From: an uncultured Actinomycetota bacterium
Lineage (GTDB): Bacteria > Actinomycetota > Actinomycetes > CAVWCF01
Direction: 5' to 3'
NCBI GenBank assembly: GCA_963753435.1
Contig: CAVWCF010000001.1
Coordinates: forward strand, 1,184,001 to 1,248,000
DNA length: 64,000 nt
Shown: piece by piece, positions 54,721-64,000 of the stretch
How positions within the stretch are numbered: position 1 is the stretch's first letter
Layout of the letters: every line of letters begins with the position of its first letter
Notes under the pieces: generated by a model
The model's database searches: none
What the model was told of the DNA's origin: nothing
What the model saw: the letters and a program-made list of their open reading frames with translations, nothing else
Translations under genes and position numbers: made by a program

Positions 54721-55866
54721 GTGAGCGCGCGGGAGATGATGGTCGCCACCGGCGACCTGGCCACCGCGGACATGGTGCTGAACATCGGTCCGCAGCACCC
54801 GGCGACCCACGGCGTGCTGCGGCTGCGGCTGCGCCTCGACGGCGAACGGATCGTGCACGCGGAACCGGTCATCGGCTACATGCACCGGGGCGCGGAGAAG
54901 CTGTTCGAAGTCCGCGACTACCGACAGATCATCGTTCTGGCCAACCGGCATGACTGGCTCAGCGCCTTCAGCAACGAACTAGGCGTGGTCCTCGCCGCCG
55001 AACGGATGCTGGGCATGGAGGTTCCGGAGCGGGCGGTCTGGATCCGCACGCTGATGGCGGAGTTGAACCGGGTCCTGAACCACTTGGTCTTCCTCGGCTC
55101 GTACCCGCTGGAAGTCGGGGCCATCACTCCGGTCTTCTACGCCTTCCGGGAACGGGAGACGCTGCAGGCCGTCATGGAGGAACTGTCCGGCGGCCGCATG
55201 CACTACATGTTCAACCGCGTCGGCGGCCTGAAGGAGGACCTGCCCGCAGGGTGGCTCGGGCGCGCCCAGGAGGCGGTCAACGCCGTGCGGCGGCGGCTGC
55301 CGGACCTGACGGGACTGCTGCTCGGGTCGCCGATATTCGCGGCCAGAACGCAAGGCGTCGGGGTGTTGTCGCCTGAGCAGATCATGTCCTACGGCGTGAG
55401 CGGACCGATCGCCCGAGCCTCGGGCGTGGAGATGGACCTGCGCCGGGACGAGCCGTACCTGGCCTACGGCCAGCTGCAGGACGTGCTGCGGATCCCGACC
55501 CGCACGGCCGGGGACTGCTTTGCCCGGTTCGAGGTCCTGGTCGAACAGGTGGACGTCTCCTTGGACCTCGCCGACGCTTGCCTGGATCGACTGCGGTCAT
55601 TGCCGCAGGGCCCGGTCAACCAGCGGCTGCCGAAGGTGCTGAAGGTGCCGGAGGGACACACGTACGCCTGGACCGAAAACCCGTTGGGAATCAACGGCTA
55701 CTACCTGGTGTCCCGGGGCGAGAAGACGCCGTGGCGGCTGAAGTTGCGGTCGGCTTCGTTCAACAACGTGCAGGTGCTCTCGGAGATGCTCCCCGGTCAG
55801 TTGGTGGCCGACATGGTCGCGATCCTCGGGTCGATGTTCTTCGTGGTCGGCGACGTCGACAAGTAG
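54721..55866 (+). CDS. nuoD: NADH-quinone oxidoreductase subunit D, stand-alone paralogue
   Basis: [43 protein letters not shown]; no other nuo genes in the window. Confidence 0.93.
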   Translation: MSAREMMVATGDLATADMVLNIGPQHPATHGVLRLRLRLDGERIVHAEPVIGYMHRGAEKLFEVRDYRQIIVLANRHDWLSAFSNELGVVLAAERMLGMEVPERAVWIRTLMAELNRVLNHLVFLGSYPLEVGAITPVFYAFRERETLQAVMEELSGGRMHYMFNRVGGLKEDLPAGWLGRAQEAVNAVRRRLPDLTGLLLGSPIFAARTQGVGVLSPEQIMSYGVSGPIARASGVEMDLRRDEPYLAYGQLQDVLRIPTRTAGDCFARFEVLVEQVDVSLDLADACLDRLRSLPQGPVNQRLPKVLKVPEGHTYAWTENPLGINGYYLVSRGEKTPWRLKLRSASFNNVQVLSEMLPGQLVADMVAILGSMFFVVGDVDK

Positions 55867-55899
55867 CCGGTCGCAGTTCGACCCCGCGACGGGATGCGG

Positions 55900-56451
55900 C
55901 TAACTGGCCCGACGGGTGACGGTTGGTACCACGTCGATTAGTGGTGCCGAACGCGGCGCAGCCATCGAGAACATGTCGTCGCGCCACGAGGGGGCGACCG
56001 CGGCGTGGACGGCTTCGGGGTCGTCGGTGGCGACCAGGGGGATGTCCAGGCTCAGCGAAGGCTGCTCGGCAGGGCCGGTCCAGACCGCGGGCGGGCCGGC
56101 CCAGATGGGCGGCGTCTCCGGCAATTCGATCTGCCGGACCACTGCGGCGTACTCCGGCAAATCGTCCGGTTCCGGGACGACGACCGGTCGCGGCAGGTCC
56201 AGCGGCTGCGGCTGGTCCGCAGCGGGAGCCGTCGGGCGCGCGGACAATTCGGCCACCTGTGCCCGCAGCAGGTTCACTTCCGCGGTCACCTGTTGCGCGT
56301 AGGCCTCGACGGTTTCGAGTCGCTGCCGCAGGGCGACGACCTCCGGGTCCGGCGCCGGCAGTTGAGTCCCCAGCCGACGACGTCCGCCACGGCGACGCCA
56401 CAACGAGCTCAGCTCGAAACGTTTGCGGCGTGCGTGCCGTCCCCTGCTCAC
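55900..56451 (-). CDS. Hypothetical protein (basic GRH N-terminus, coiled coil, Pro-rich tail)
   Basis: Co-oriented downstream of DUF3180; coiled-coil-like LRQRLETVEAYAQQVTAEVNLLRAQVAEL; start uncertain. Confidence 0.55.
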   Translation of the reverse strand: MSRGRHARRKRFELSSLWRRRGGRRRLGTQLPAPDPEVVALRQRLETVEAYAQQVTAEVNLLRAQVAELSARPTAPAADQPQPLDLPRPVVVPEPDDLPEYAAVVRQIELPETPPIWAGPPAVWTGPAEQPSLSLDIPLVATDDPEAVHAAVAPSWRDDMFSMAAPRSAPLIDVVPTVTRRAS

Positions 56452-56553
56452 GGGCTCAAGGTAAGGCTCAGCGAGGGTTCGTGACTGCCGACGCACCGAC
56501 GCCGGACCGAGCGACGGCGCAGCAGCGGCACCCGCATGCGGCGTTCTCGCTGC

Positions 56554-57024
56554 CTATTCGCCAGAAAGCGGCATTCGCGCTTGTGGGGGTGGCGGGAGGC
56601 GGCAGAAACGTTCCAGGAGCAATCCGGCCCCGAGTAGCGCAGCGCTGCCCAGAGCCGAGACGAGTGCGACCGCCAGCGCCCGGCGCCGGTACTCGGTGTC
56701 CAGATTCCCGAGTACGACCACCGCATAGCCCAGGTAGCCACCCGCGAGTAGTGCGCCGGTTCGCGATGAGGCCAACGCCAGCGCCGCTAGCCGCGCTGCC
56801 GCAAAGGGGCTTATGGGTTTGGCGTTCTCGGCCCGGCGCAACCGCGGTCGCAGCACCAACGCCGCGACGCCGATCGCGACCGCCGCCGACCAGATGATCG
56901 CGGCCGCCGACCAGGGCACGAACGGCAGCCCGTTCGACACTGTCCAGAACCCGACGAGGGCCCACACGGTGATTGCGGCGATGCCAGCCAGCCCCAGCAG
57001 CAGTCCCGGCGATGTCGGCCTCAT
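56554..57024 (-). CDS. DUF3180 membrane protein
   Basis: Four TMs, ALALASSRTGAL, LERFCRLP; conserved after folK. Confidence 0.85.
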   Translation of the reverse strand: MRPTSPGLLLGLAGIAAITVWALVGFWTVSNGLPFVPWSAAAIIWSAAVAIGVAALVLRPRLRRAENAKPISPFAAARLAALALASSRTGALLAGGYLGYAVVVLGNLDTEYRRRALAVALVSALGSAALLGAGLLLERFCRLPPPPQARMPLSGE

Positions 57025-57521
57025 CCCCGCCCCACCACCAGCGACAGATCCGGGCGGATGCGCACCCCGGAGCCATCGAGCCGGACGGCCAACTCAGCCA
57101 CCGGCCCGAAACCCAGCAGCACGGCGTCCGGATCCGCCTCGGCCCAGGGCAGCAGCACGAACGCTCGCTCGTGCGCTCTTGGGTGCGGCAACACCGGGTC
57201 GGGCGCCATGCGTTCAATCGAGCCGAACGAGACGACGTCCACGTCCAAGGTGCGCGGGCCCCAGCGTTCCAGCCGGGTTCGCTCGGCCGCGGCCTCAACT
57301 GCGTGGCACGCAAGCAGTAGCGCCTCCGGCGTCAGTTGCGTGGTCCCGACCGCGACCGCGTTGAGGTACGAATCCTGTCCGGCGGGGCCGCCGACCGGAT
57401 CGGTCTCATAGACCGACGAAACCGCCGCTATCTGCACGAAGTCCGCCAGCGCGGTCAGCCCGGCCTGCAGGAAGCCCAGTCGGTCGCCGAGGTTGGAACC
57501 CAGGGCCAGCACGACATGCAT
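57021..57521 (-). CDS. folK: 2-amino-4-hydroxy-6-hydroxymethyldihydropteridine diphosphokinase
   Basis: ALGSNLGDR, WGPRTLDVD, PHPRAHERAFVL. Confidence 0.96.
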   Translation of the reverse strand: MHVVLALGSNLGDRLGFLQAGLTALADFVQIAAVSSVYETDPVGGPAGQDSYLNAVAVGTTQLTPEALLLACHAVEAAAERTRLERWGPRTLDVDVVSFGSIERMAPDPVLPHPRAHERAFVLLPWAEADPDAVLLGFGPVAELAVRLDGSGVRIRPDLSLVVGRG

Positions 57522-57556
57522 GCGACTCGGCGGGCTCCGACACGGATCGAGATGAC

Positions 57557-57928
57557 TCAGCCACGGACCCTGCGGATGCGCACGGCGATGTCGTCGACCG
57601 CGGCGGAGACCGGCGCCTGGGGCTTGTGCACCGCCACCTCGACGGCGTGTACACGATGGTCGGCCAGGCAGGCCTCAGCGATCCGCTCGGCCAGCGTCTC
57701 GATGAGACGCACCGGTTCGCCAGCCACCAAAGAGCGAACCGACTCGGCGATCGCGCCGTAGTCCACGGTCGCGGCCAAGTCGTCGCTGGCGGCGGCGGCC
57801 GACATCACTCCGTCGACGAGGCTCAGCACCAGATCGACCCGGAACGTCTGCCCCGCCTGCGTCTCGAACTCGAACCAGCCATGGCGGCCGCGCTCAGTCA
57901 GGCCAAGGATCTCAATGCTGTCGTTCAT
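57557..57928 (-). CDS. folB: Dihydroneopterin aldolase
   Basis: GRHGWFEFE, TVDYG, LIETLAE, HKPQAP. Confidence 0.94.
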   Translation of the reverse strand: MNDSIEILGLTERGRHGWFEFETQAGQTFRVDLVLSLVDGVMSAAAASDDLAATVDYGAIAESVRSLVAGEPVRLIETLAERIAEACLADHRVHAVEVAVHKPQAPVSAAVDDIAVRIRRVRG

Positions 57929-58779
57929 CCGGCCTCCCACCGTTGCGCCACGGCCACAGCATCGCGGCTGGACTGCACATCATGGACGCGAACCCCCCAG
58001 ATGCCGGCTGCGGCAGCCAGGGCGGAGATGGCCGCAGTTGCCGCATCGCGCTCAGCAACCGGCCGCGGCGAGCCGTCCGCACTGAGCAGACTGCCGAGGA
58101 ACCGCTTGCGGCTGGCGCCGATGAGCAGCGGTCGACCAAGTGACGCCAGCCGGTCGAGCCCAGCCAGCAGGGTCCAGTTGTGCTCAGCGGTCTTCGCGAA
58201 ACCAAGCCCCGGGTCCAGGACGACCCGGTCGGCAGCCACGCCGGCGTCCACTGCGGCCTGCAGCCGCTGCGCCAGATGGGCCCGGACGTCCTCAAGTACG
58301 TCCACATAGTCGAGGTGACTGTCCATCTCGTCGCTGTGTCCGCGCCAGTGCATCGCGACGTAAGGCGCGGAGACACCCGCCATCGCCGGCAGCATGTCCG
58401 GGTCGGCCAGCCCGCCGCTGACGTCGTTGACGATGACCGCGCCCGACTGCACCGCGGCGATCGCGACCGCAGCGCGCATCGTGTCCACCGATACCGCAAC
58501 CCCAGCCGAACTCAACGCGGCAACGACCGGCAGGACGCGGTCGGACTCCGCCACCGCCGAGACCCGCACGGCCCCAGGCCGGGTTGATTCCCCGCCCACG
58601 TCGACCACGTCGGCGCCGGCAGCGGCCATGGCCAGCCCGTGCTCGATTGCTGCTTGCGGGTCCAGGTAGCGGCCGCCGTCGGAGAAGGAGTCCGACGTCA
58701 CGTTCAGCACCCCCATGACCAGGGTGCGCGACAGATTCAGGGTTGCCGGAAGCCCGGATGGACCCACACCCGCAACCAC
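57925..58779 (-). CDS. folP: Dihydropteroate synthase
   Basis: LNVTSDSFSDGG, GGESTRPG, DPGLGFAK, SRKRF, RVHDV. Confidence 0.96.
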   Translation of the reverse strand: MVAGVGPSGLPATLNLSRTLVMGVLNVTSDSFSDGGRYLDPQAAIEHGLAMAAAGADVVDVGGESTRPGAVRVSAVAESDRVLPVVAALSSAGVAVSVDTMRAAVAIAAVQSGAVIVNDVSGGLADPDMLPAMAGVSAPYVAMHWRGHSDEMDSHLDYVDVLEDVRAHLAQRLQAAVDAGVAADRVVLDPGLGFAKTAEHNWTLLAGLDRLASLGRPLLIGASRKRFLGSLLSADGSPRPVAERDAATAAISALAAAAGIWGVRVHDVQSSRDAVAVAQRWEAG

Positions 58780-58790
58780 AGCGGCAGAAC

Positions 58791-59400
58791 CTAGCGCGGG
58801 CGCAGGATGAGGCTCATCGCCTCGGCCCGAGTCGCCGGGTCACGCAGTTGTCCGCGGACAGCCGACGTGATCGTCAGCGCCCCCGGCTTCTTGACCCCGC
58901 GGATCGACATGCACAGGTGCTCCGCCTCGATCACCACGATCGCTCCACGCGGTTGCAGCAGCCGCACCAAAGAGTCGGCGACTTGGGAAGTCAGCCGCTC
59001 CTGAACCTGCGGCCGCTTGGAGTAGACGTCCACCAGGCGCGCCAGCTTGCTCAAGCCGGTGATCCGGCCCTCCGCGGCGGGCACGTAGCCGACGTGCGCA
59101 ACGCCGTGAAACGGCACCAGGTGGTGCTCGCAGAACGACGTGAGCGAGATGTCGCGGACCAACACCATCTCGTCGTGACCCAGGTCGAAAGTTGTGGTCA
59201 GTGCGTCCTCCGGTTGCTGCCGCAATCCGGAGAACACCTCCGCGTACATCCGGGCGACGCGCTCAGGGGTGTCGCGCAAGACCTTCCCGGTCCGGGTCCT
59301 CACCGATCGCCACAATCAACTCGCGCACTGCGGCGGCGGCACGGTCATGGTCGAACGAGGCCGTCACGACCGAGTCTTCCTCCGGCCCAACCGGATCCAC
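58791..59400 (-). CDS. folE: GTP cyclohydrolase I (frameshift near 59279)
   Basis: N-terminus [18 protein letters not shown] in one frame; [26 protein letters not shown] in ORF 58791..59315. Confidence 0.93.
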
Positions 59401-59402
59401 GT

Positions 59403-61382
59403 TCAGTCGCCCTCGGTTGTGCTCGGTGCCGACCCCAACTCCGCAGCCGGCGATCCCGTTCCGGCGTCGTGCGGCCCGTGCCCGTTGCTGGTCACCGGGG
59501 GCAGCGCCACCGGGCCGCGGTCCGACACGGGTCGCTTGTCGCTGGACAACCAGATCGGGCGGATGGGGCGCTTGCGGATGGGAACGAAGATCCGCTCAAC
59601 CTGTTCCTTGTCCAACGTCTCGCGTTCCATCAGCTCCAACACCAGTGCGTCCAGCACGTCGCGGTTGTCCACCAGCACGGTCCAGGCCTCATCGTGGGCC
59701 GACTCGATCAGGCGGCGCACCTCGTCGTCGACCACTTCGGCCACGCCCTCGGAGTAGTCGCGTACGTGGGCCATGTCCCGACCGAGGAACACCTCGTCGT
59801 TCTGCTTGCCCAGTTGCACCGCGCCGAGGCGCTCGCTCATGCCGTACTGAGTGACCATGGCCCGCGCCAGCGATGTCGCCTTCTCGATGTCATTGGCAGC
59901 ACCCGTGGTCGGGTCGTGGAAGACGATCTCCTCGGCCACTCGCCCGCCCAGCATGTACGCGAGCTGGTCCAGCATCTCGTTGCGGGTGGTCGAGTACTTG
60001 TCCTCATCCGGCAGCACCATCGTGTAACCGAGGGCGCGGCCACGCGGCAGGATCGTGACCTTGTGGACCGGGTCGGTGTGGTTCAACGCCGCAGCGACCA
60101 GCGCGTGTCCGCCTTCGTGGTAGGCGGTGATCAGCTTTTCCTTCTCGCCCATGAGCCTGGTCCGCTTCTGCGGGCCCGCCAGCACACGGTCGATCGCCTC
60201 ATCCATGACCGGCTTGTCGATCAGCGTGCCGCCGCCGCGGGCGGTCAACAGCGCCGCTTCGTTCAGCACGTTGGCCAAGTCGGCGCCGGTGAACCCGGGG
60301 GTGCGCTTGGCCACGCTGCGTAGGTCCACCGTGGGGTCGATCGGTTTGCCCTTGGCATGCACGCCGAGGATCTGCTCGCGGCCGTTTAGGTCGGGGCGCT
60401 CCACAGCGATCTGCCGGTCGAATCGACCGGGTCGCAGCAGCGCCGGGTCCAGGATGTCGGGACGGTTCGTGGCGGCGATCAGGATCACGCCGCCGGACAC
60501 GTCGAAGCCGTCCATCTCCACGAGCAACTGGTTGAGCGTCTGCTCCCGCTCATCGTGACCGCCACCCATCCCGGCCCCACGGTGGCGACCCACGGCATCG
60601 ATCTCGTCGACGAAGACGATCGCCGGGGCGTTGGTCTTGGCCTGCTCGAAGAGGTCGCGCACGCGCGAAGCGCCAACGCCGACGAACATCTCCACGAAGT
60701 CCGAACCGGAGATGGAGAAGAACGGAACGCCGGCCTCGCCGGCGACGGCGCGGGCCAGGAGCGTCTTACCGGTTCCCGGCGGGCCATAGAGCAGTACGCC
60801 CTTGGGGATCTTGGCGCCGACCGCTTGGAACTTGCCAGGCTCGGCCAGGAACTCCTTGATCTCCTCGAGTTCCTCCACCGCCTCGGCGGCACCGGCGACG
60901 TCGGCGAAAGTGGTCGTCGGCATGTCCTTGCTGACCAGCTTGGCTTTGGCCTTGCCGAAGTTCATAACGCGGGAGCCGCCGCCGCTCATCTGCGTCATCA
61001 AGAAGAAGAAGAGGCCGAGCAGCAGGAGGATCGGCAGCAGGTTCACCAGCAGGGTGACCAGCAGGCCCTGGGTGGGCACCTCGGAGTTGTAGCCATCCGG
61101 CGGCGGGTTCTCGACCAGCAACTCGGTGATCAGCGCACCCTGGGATTCGATGTACTCCGACTTGAGTTGATCGCCGTTCTTGAGGTCCACCTCGATGCGC
61201 TGGTCGCGGTCGATCACCTTGGCCTTGGCGACCTGGCCTTCCTGCAGTGCATCGATGACCTCGGAGGTGTCAACGGACTCGTATCCACGGTCACCGCCGA
61301 TGAACTGGCTGGCGACCAGCACGGCCACAAACGCAATCAGGATCCACAGCAGCGGACCCCGGGTGAATCGCTTCCAGTTCAT
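59403..61382 (-). CDS. ftsH: ATP-dependent zinc metalloprotease FtsH
   Basis: Two TMs, [13 protein letters not shown] zinc motif. Confidence 0.98.
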   Translation of the reverse strand: MNWKRFTRGPLLWILIAFVAVLVASQFIGGDRGYESVDTSEVIDALQEGQVAKAKVIDRDQRIEVDLKNGDQLKSEYIESQGALITELLVENPPPDGYNSEVPTQGLLVTLLVNLLPILLLLGLFFFLMTQMSGGGSRVMNFGKAKAKLVSKDMPTTTFADVAGAAEAVEELEEIKEFLAEPGKFQAVGAKIPKGVLLYGPPGTGKTLLARAVAGEAGVPFFSISGSDFVEMFVGVGASRVRDLFEQAKTNAPAIVFVDEIDAVGRHRGAGMGGGHDEREQTLNQLLVEMDGFDVSGGVILIAATNRPDILDPALLRPGRFDRQIAVERPDLNGREQILGVHAKGKPIDPTVDLRSVAKRTPGFTGADLANVLNEAALLTARGGGTLIDKPVMDEAIDRVLAGPQKRTRLMGEKEKLITAYHEGGHALVAAALNHTDPVHKVTILPRGRALGYTMVLPDEDKYSTTRNEMLDQLAYMLGGRVAEEIVFHDPTTGAANDIEKATSLARAMVTQYGMSERLGAVQLGKQNDEVFLGRDMAHVRDYSEGVAEVVDDEVRRLIESAHDEAWTVLVDNRDVLDALVLELMERETLDKEQVERIFVPIRKRPIRPIWLSSDKRPVSDRGPVALPPVTSNGHGPHDAGTGSPAAELGSAPSTTEGD

Positions 61383-61433
61383 CGAAATGACGGTACACCG
61401 CCCGTCCAATCGGCCCCGACTCGTGGGCGGGAA

Positions 61434-61991
61434 TCAGCCAGAGGCGTACACGTGCGGGGCCAGGGTCGCCACGAACGGCAAGTGCCGGTACCGCTCGGCG
61501 TAGTCGAGGCCGTACCCGACGACGAACTCGTTGGGGATGTCGAAGCCGACGTACTTGACCGGGACGGCCACCTTCATCGCCTCCGGCTTACGCAGCATGG
61601 TGCAGACCTCAACCGAGGCGGGGCCGCGGCTGCGCAGGTTGCGCAGCAGCCAGGACAGCGTCAGACCGGAGTCGACGATGTCCTCCACCACGATGACGTG
61701 GCGGTTGGTGATGTCGCGGTCAAGGTCCTTGAGGATGCGCACGACACCGCTGGACTTGGTCCCGGATCCGTAGGACGACACCGCCATCCAGTCCATCTCG
61801 ACAGGAATGCTGATTGCACGGGACAGGTCCGCCATGACCATCACGGCGCCTTTGAGCACGCCGACCAACAGCGGCGGGTCGCCGGCGTAGTCCTTGTCGA
61901 TCTCCGCTGCCAGTTCCTGGATCCTCTGGGAGATCTCCTCGGCGGTGAGCAGCACCTTCGCCAGATCGTCCGCTACATCCTCTTGGTTCAC
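61434..61991 (-). CDS. hpt: Hypoxanthine phosphoribosyltransferase
   Basis: [25 protein letters not shown]. Confidence 0.97.
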   Translation of the reverse strand: MNQEDVADDLAKVLLTAEEISQRIQELAAEIDKDYAGDPPLLVGVLKGAVMVMADLSRAISIPVEMDWMAVSSYGSGTKSSGVVRILKDLDRDITNRHVIVVEDIVDSGLTLSWLLRNLRSRGPASVEVCTMLRKPEAMKVAVPVKYVGFDIPNEFVVGYGLDYAERYRHLPFVATLAPHVYASG

Positions 61992-61994
61992 GCC

Positions 61995-62990
61995 TCAGCT
62001 CTCATCCGTGCGCCCGGCCAGCCGCAGCCTGCCATATTCGCGACTGCCCGAAACCGGTCCAGGCAACGCCGCTGGACCTTGCCCACTCCAGTCCGACACC
62101 AGCGCCTCCAAGCAGCCAACGTGCTCGTAGGTGAGCGAACCCGCGGGACTGCCGGCAGCGATGGCCGCCCGGCGCAGCACCCGCGTTCGCACCGCCCGGG
62201 GCAGCCGGGCCAGTGACTCCAGGTCCAGCAGGACGTCGTCCCGGCGCTCCGGGTCGAAGCGGCGGGCCTGCTCCAAGCCCGAGTCGGCCGCCGCCGACAA
62301 GGCCTCGTCGTCATCGCGAAGCAGATCGGCCGTGCGGGCCAGCGCGGCCGCGACACCGGGGCCGAACGTGGCCTGCAGCCGGGGCATGACGTCGCCGCGT
62401 AACCGCGCCCGCAAGTAGCGGGGGTCGCGGTTGTGCGGGTCCTCCCACGCTTGCAGCCGCCAATGAGCGCATGCGGCCAGCGTCACCTCGCGCGGAAGGT
62501 CCAGCAGCGGTCGCATGAAGGACACCCCGCCGCGGGTGAACGCCGCCGGCATGCCGGCCAGCGAACGGGCCCCCGACCCACGAGCCAGCCCGAGCAGGAC
62601 CGTCTCGGCCTGGTCGTCCTGGGTGTGGCCGAGAAGCACGCACGCGGATTGCTGCTGCCCGGCTTCGACCAACGCCGCGTAGCGGGCAGCCCGAGCGGCC
62701 GCCTCCGGGCCGTTGCCCGATTCGGTCACAACCACCCGTTGCACCTGCGCCGGCACGCCATGAGCGGTCAGCGTCGCTGCCGCAGTCGCAGCCACTTGAT
62801 CCGAACCACGCTGCAGCCCGTGGTCAACGATCAGCGCGGCCACCTCGCCAGGCCGCTCCAGGCCGGCCGCGACCGCCAGCGCCAACGAATCGGGGCCGCC
62901 GCTGCAGGCCACCAGCAACCGATCGTGGCTTCGGGTCGCCGCCCGGACGGCGCGGCGCACCTGGGCGGCGGCGTCGCGGGCGGTAGTCAT
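61995..62990 (-). CDS. tilS: tRNA(Ile)-lysidine synthase
   Basis: SGGPDS, DHGLQ, ARAARY, HTQDDQAET, DPHN. Confidence 0.95.
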   Translation of the reverse strand: MTTARDAAAQVRRAVRAATRSHDRLLVACSGGPDSLALAVAAGLERPGEVAALIVDHGLQRGSDQVAATAAATLTAHGVPAQVQRVVVTESGNGPEAAARAARYAALVEAGQQQSACVLLGHTQDDQAETVLLGLARGSGARSLAGMPAAFTRGGVSFMRPLLDLPREVTLAACAHWRLQAWEDPHNRDPRYLRARLRGDVMPRLQATFGPGVAAALARTADLLRDDDEALSAAADSGLEQARRFDPERRDDVLLDLESLARLPRAVRTRVLRRAAIAAGSPAGSLTYEHVGCLEALVSDWSGQGPAALPGPVSGSREYGRLRLAGRTDES

Positions 62991-62994
62991 CGGC

Positions 62995-64000
62995 TCACGC
63001 GTGGACGCGATCGACCCATAGGTCCGGGTCGGCGATCTCCGCGGCGGTCGGTACTTGTTCCGGTCCTTGCCACACGACGTTGAAACCGGACATGCCGACC
63101 CGGCCGACCACGGCGCGGACGAACCTCGCGCCGTCGCGGTACTGCCGCAGCTTTGCGTCCATACCGAGCAGTCGTCGAACGACGGAATCGACCGCTCCCG
63201 GCGACGAACGCCGCCGTTCCATCCGCTCCCTGAGTTGGCCCACGCTGGGCACCACCGTGGGCCCCACCTCGTCCATCACGACGTCGGCGTGCCCCTCCAG
63301 CAGCGACATGACCGCTACCAGCCGCTCGGCCTGGGCGGCCTGCTCCGGACTCAACGCGGCTGTGAGCAGGTCGGCGTCCCCGCCACCGCGCGACAATGAC
63401 GACGCAGCGGTCTTGATCCGCTCCAGGAGTTGGGCCGGGTCTTCGGCCAGCGTCGACACGAGCTCGGCTACTCCATCGAGCAGGAACGAACGCAGCCAGG
63501 GAGCTGCACCGAACTGCACCCGATGGGTCTCCTCGTGCAGGCAGACCCAAAGCCGAAAGTCGTTGCCGTCCACACCCATCGCCCGCTCGGCCGCCAGGAC
63601 ATTCGGCGCGACCAGCAGCAGCCGCCCGATGCCGGCACCGGGACCGGACGCCGGTCCGATGAGGTCGTACTGCCCCAGGACCTTGCCGGAAAGCCAGCCC
63701 AGCACCGCACCTATCTCCACGGCGGTTAGCCGTTGCCCGACCTCGCGGACCAAGGCGGACGAGGGCTCTGGTGCGGACTGCTCGACCGGTTCGAGCACCG
63801 TCTGAAAGGTGGCGACGTTGGCCCGGATCCAGGAGGCGCGGTCGACTACCAGCACCGGCACCTCGCGTTCGGCCACCAGCCCGGTGACCTCGCGGACCGG
63901 ATCAACCGCCCGCAGCGCCGCCGTTCGCAGCCCGGTCACCACCGATCGGGCCTGCTCGATCTCCACCCTCGGCCCGCGCCGGGCGGCCTTGATGCCCAGG
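62995..64000 (-). CDS. Zinc-dependent metalloprotease-like DUF2342 protein (5' end off the window)
   Basis: VLGQYD, LHEETHRVQF (HExxH), MSLLEGHAD, KLRQY; conserved upstream of tilS. Confidence 0.88.
   Translation of the reverse strand, partial: LGIKAARRGPRVEIEQARSVVTGLRTAALRAVDPVREVTGLVAEREVPVLVVDRASWIRANVATFQTVLEPVEQSAPEPSSALVREVGQRLTAVEIGAVLGWLSGKVLGQYDLIGPASGPGAGIGRLLLVAPNVLAAERAMGVDGNDFRLWVCLHEETHRVQFGAAPWLRSFLLDGVAELVSTLAEDPAQLLERIKTAASSLSRGGGDADLLTAALSPEQAAQAERLVAVMSLLEGHADVVMDEVGPTVVPSVGQLRERMERRRSSPGAVDSVVRRLLGMDAKLRQYRDGARFVRAVVGRVGMSGFNVVWQGPEQVPTAAEIADPDLWVDRVHA

Overview
High-GC (about 70%) actinobacterial chromosomal region. It follows the conserved backbone from right to left: tilS-hpt-ftsH-fol genes, pan/nad/coaX, lysS-lsr2-clpC, radA-disA, ppx-proC, bS22, rex-hemACDB, hemL and system II cytochrome c biogenesis. 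Several accessory modules sit inside this backbone: (i) a three-gene pyrimidine-catabolism-like cassette (nitrilase-family amidase, dihydropyrimidinase, F420-type LLM oxidoreductase) that splits the hemL-resA-ccdA run on the opposite strand and contains a 16-codon ORF built from a 15-bp repeat; (ii) a cheB-cheR(TPR)-cheW trio with no cheA or receptor in the window; (iii) a MacAB-like ABC exporter; (iv) a stand-alone nuoD near a MidA/NDUFAF7-like methyltransferase, a P450 and two PH-domain genes. Non-coding signals include three families of short dispersed palindromic repeats, a Rex operator, a RecA-NDp/PafBC-type promoter before radA and many apparently leaderless starts. Eight genes carry single frameshifts, most likely sequencing or assembly errors. 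I saw no rRNA, tRNA, CRISPR array, transposase or integrase. All calls come from reading motifs and gene order; no database search was run.
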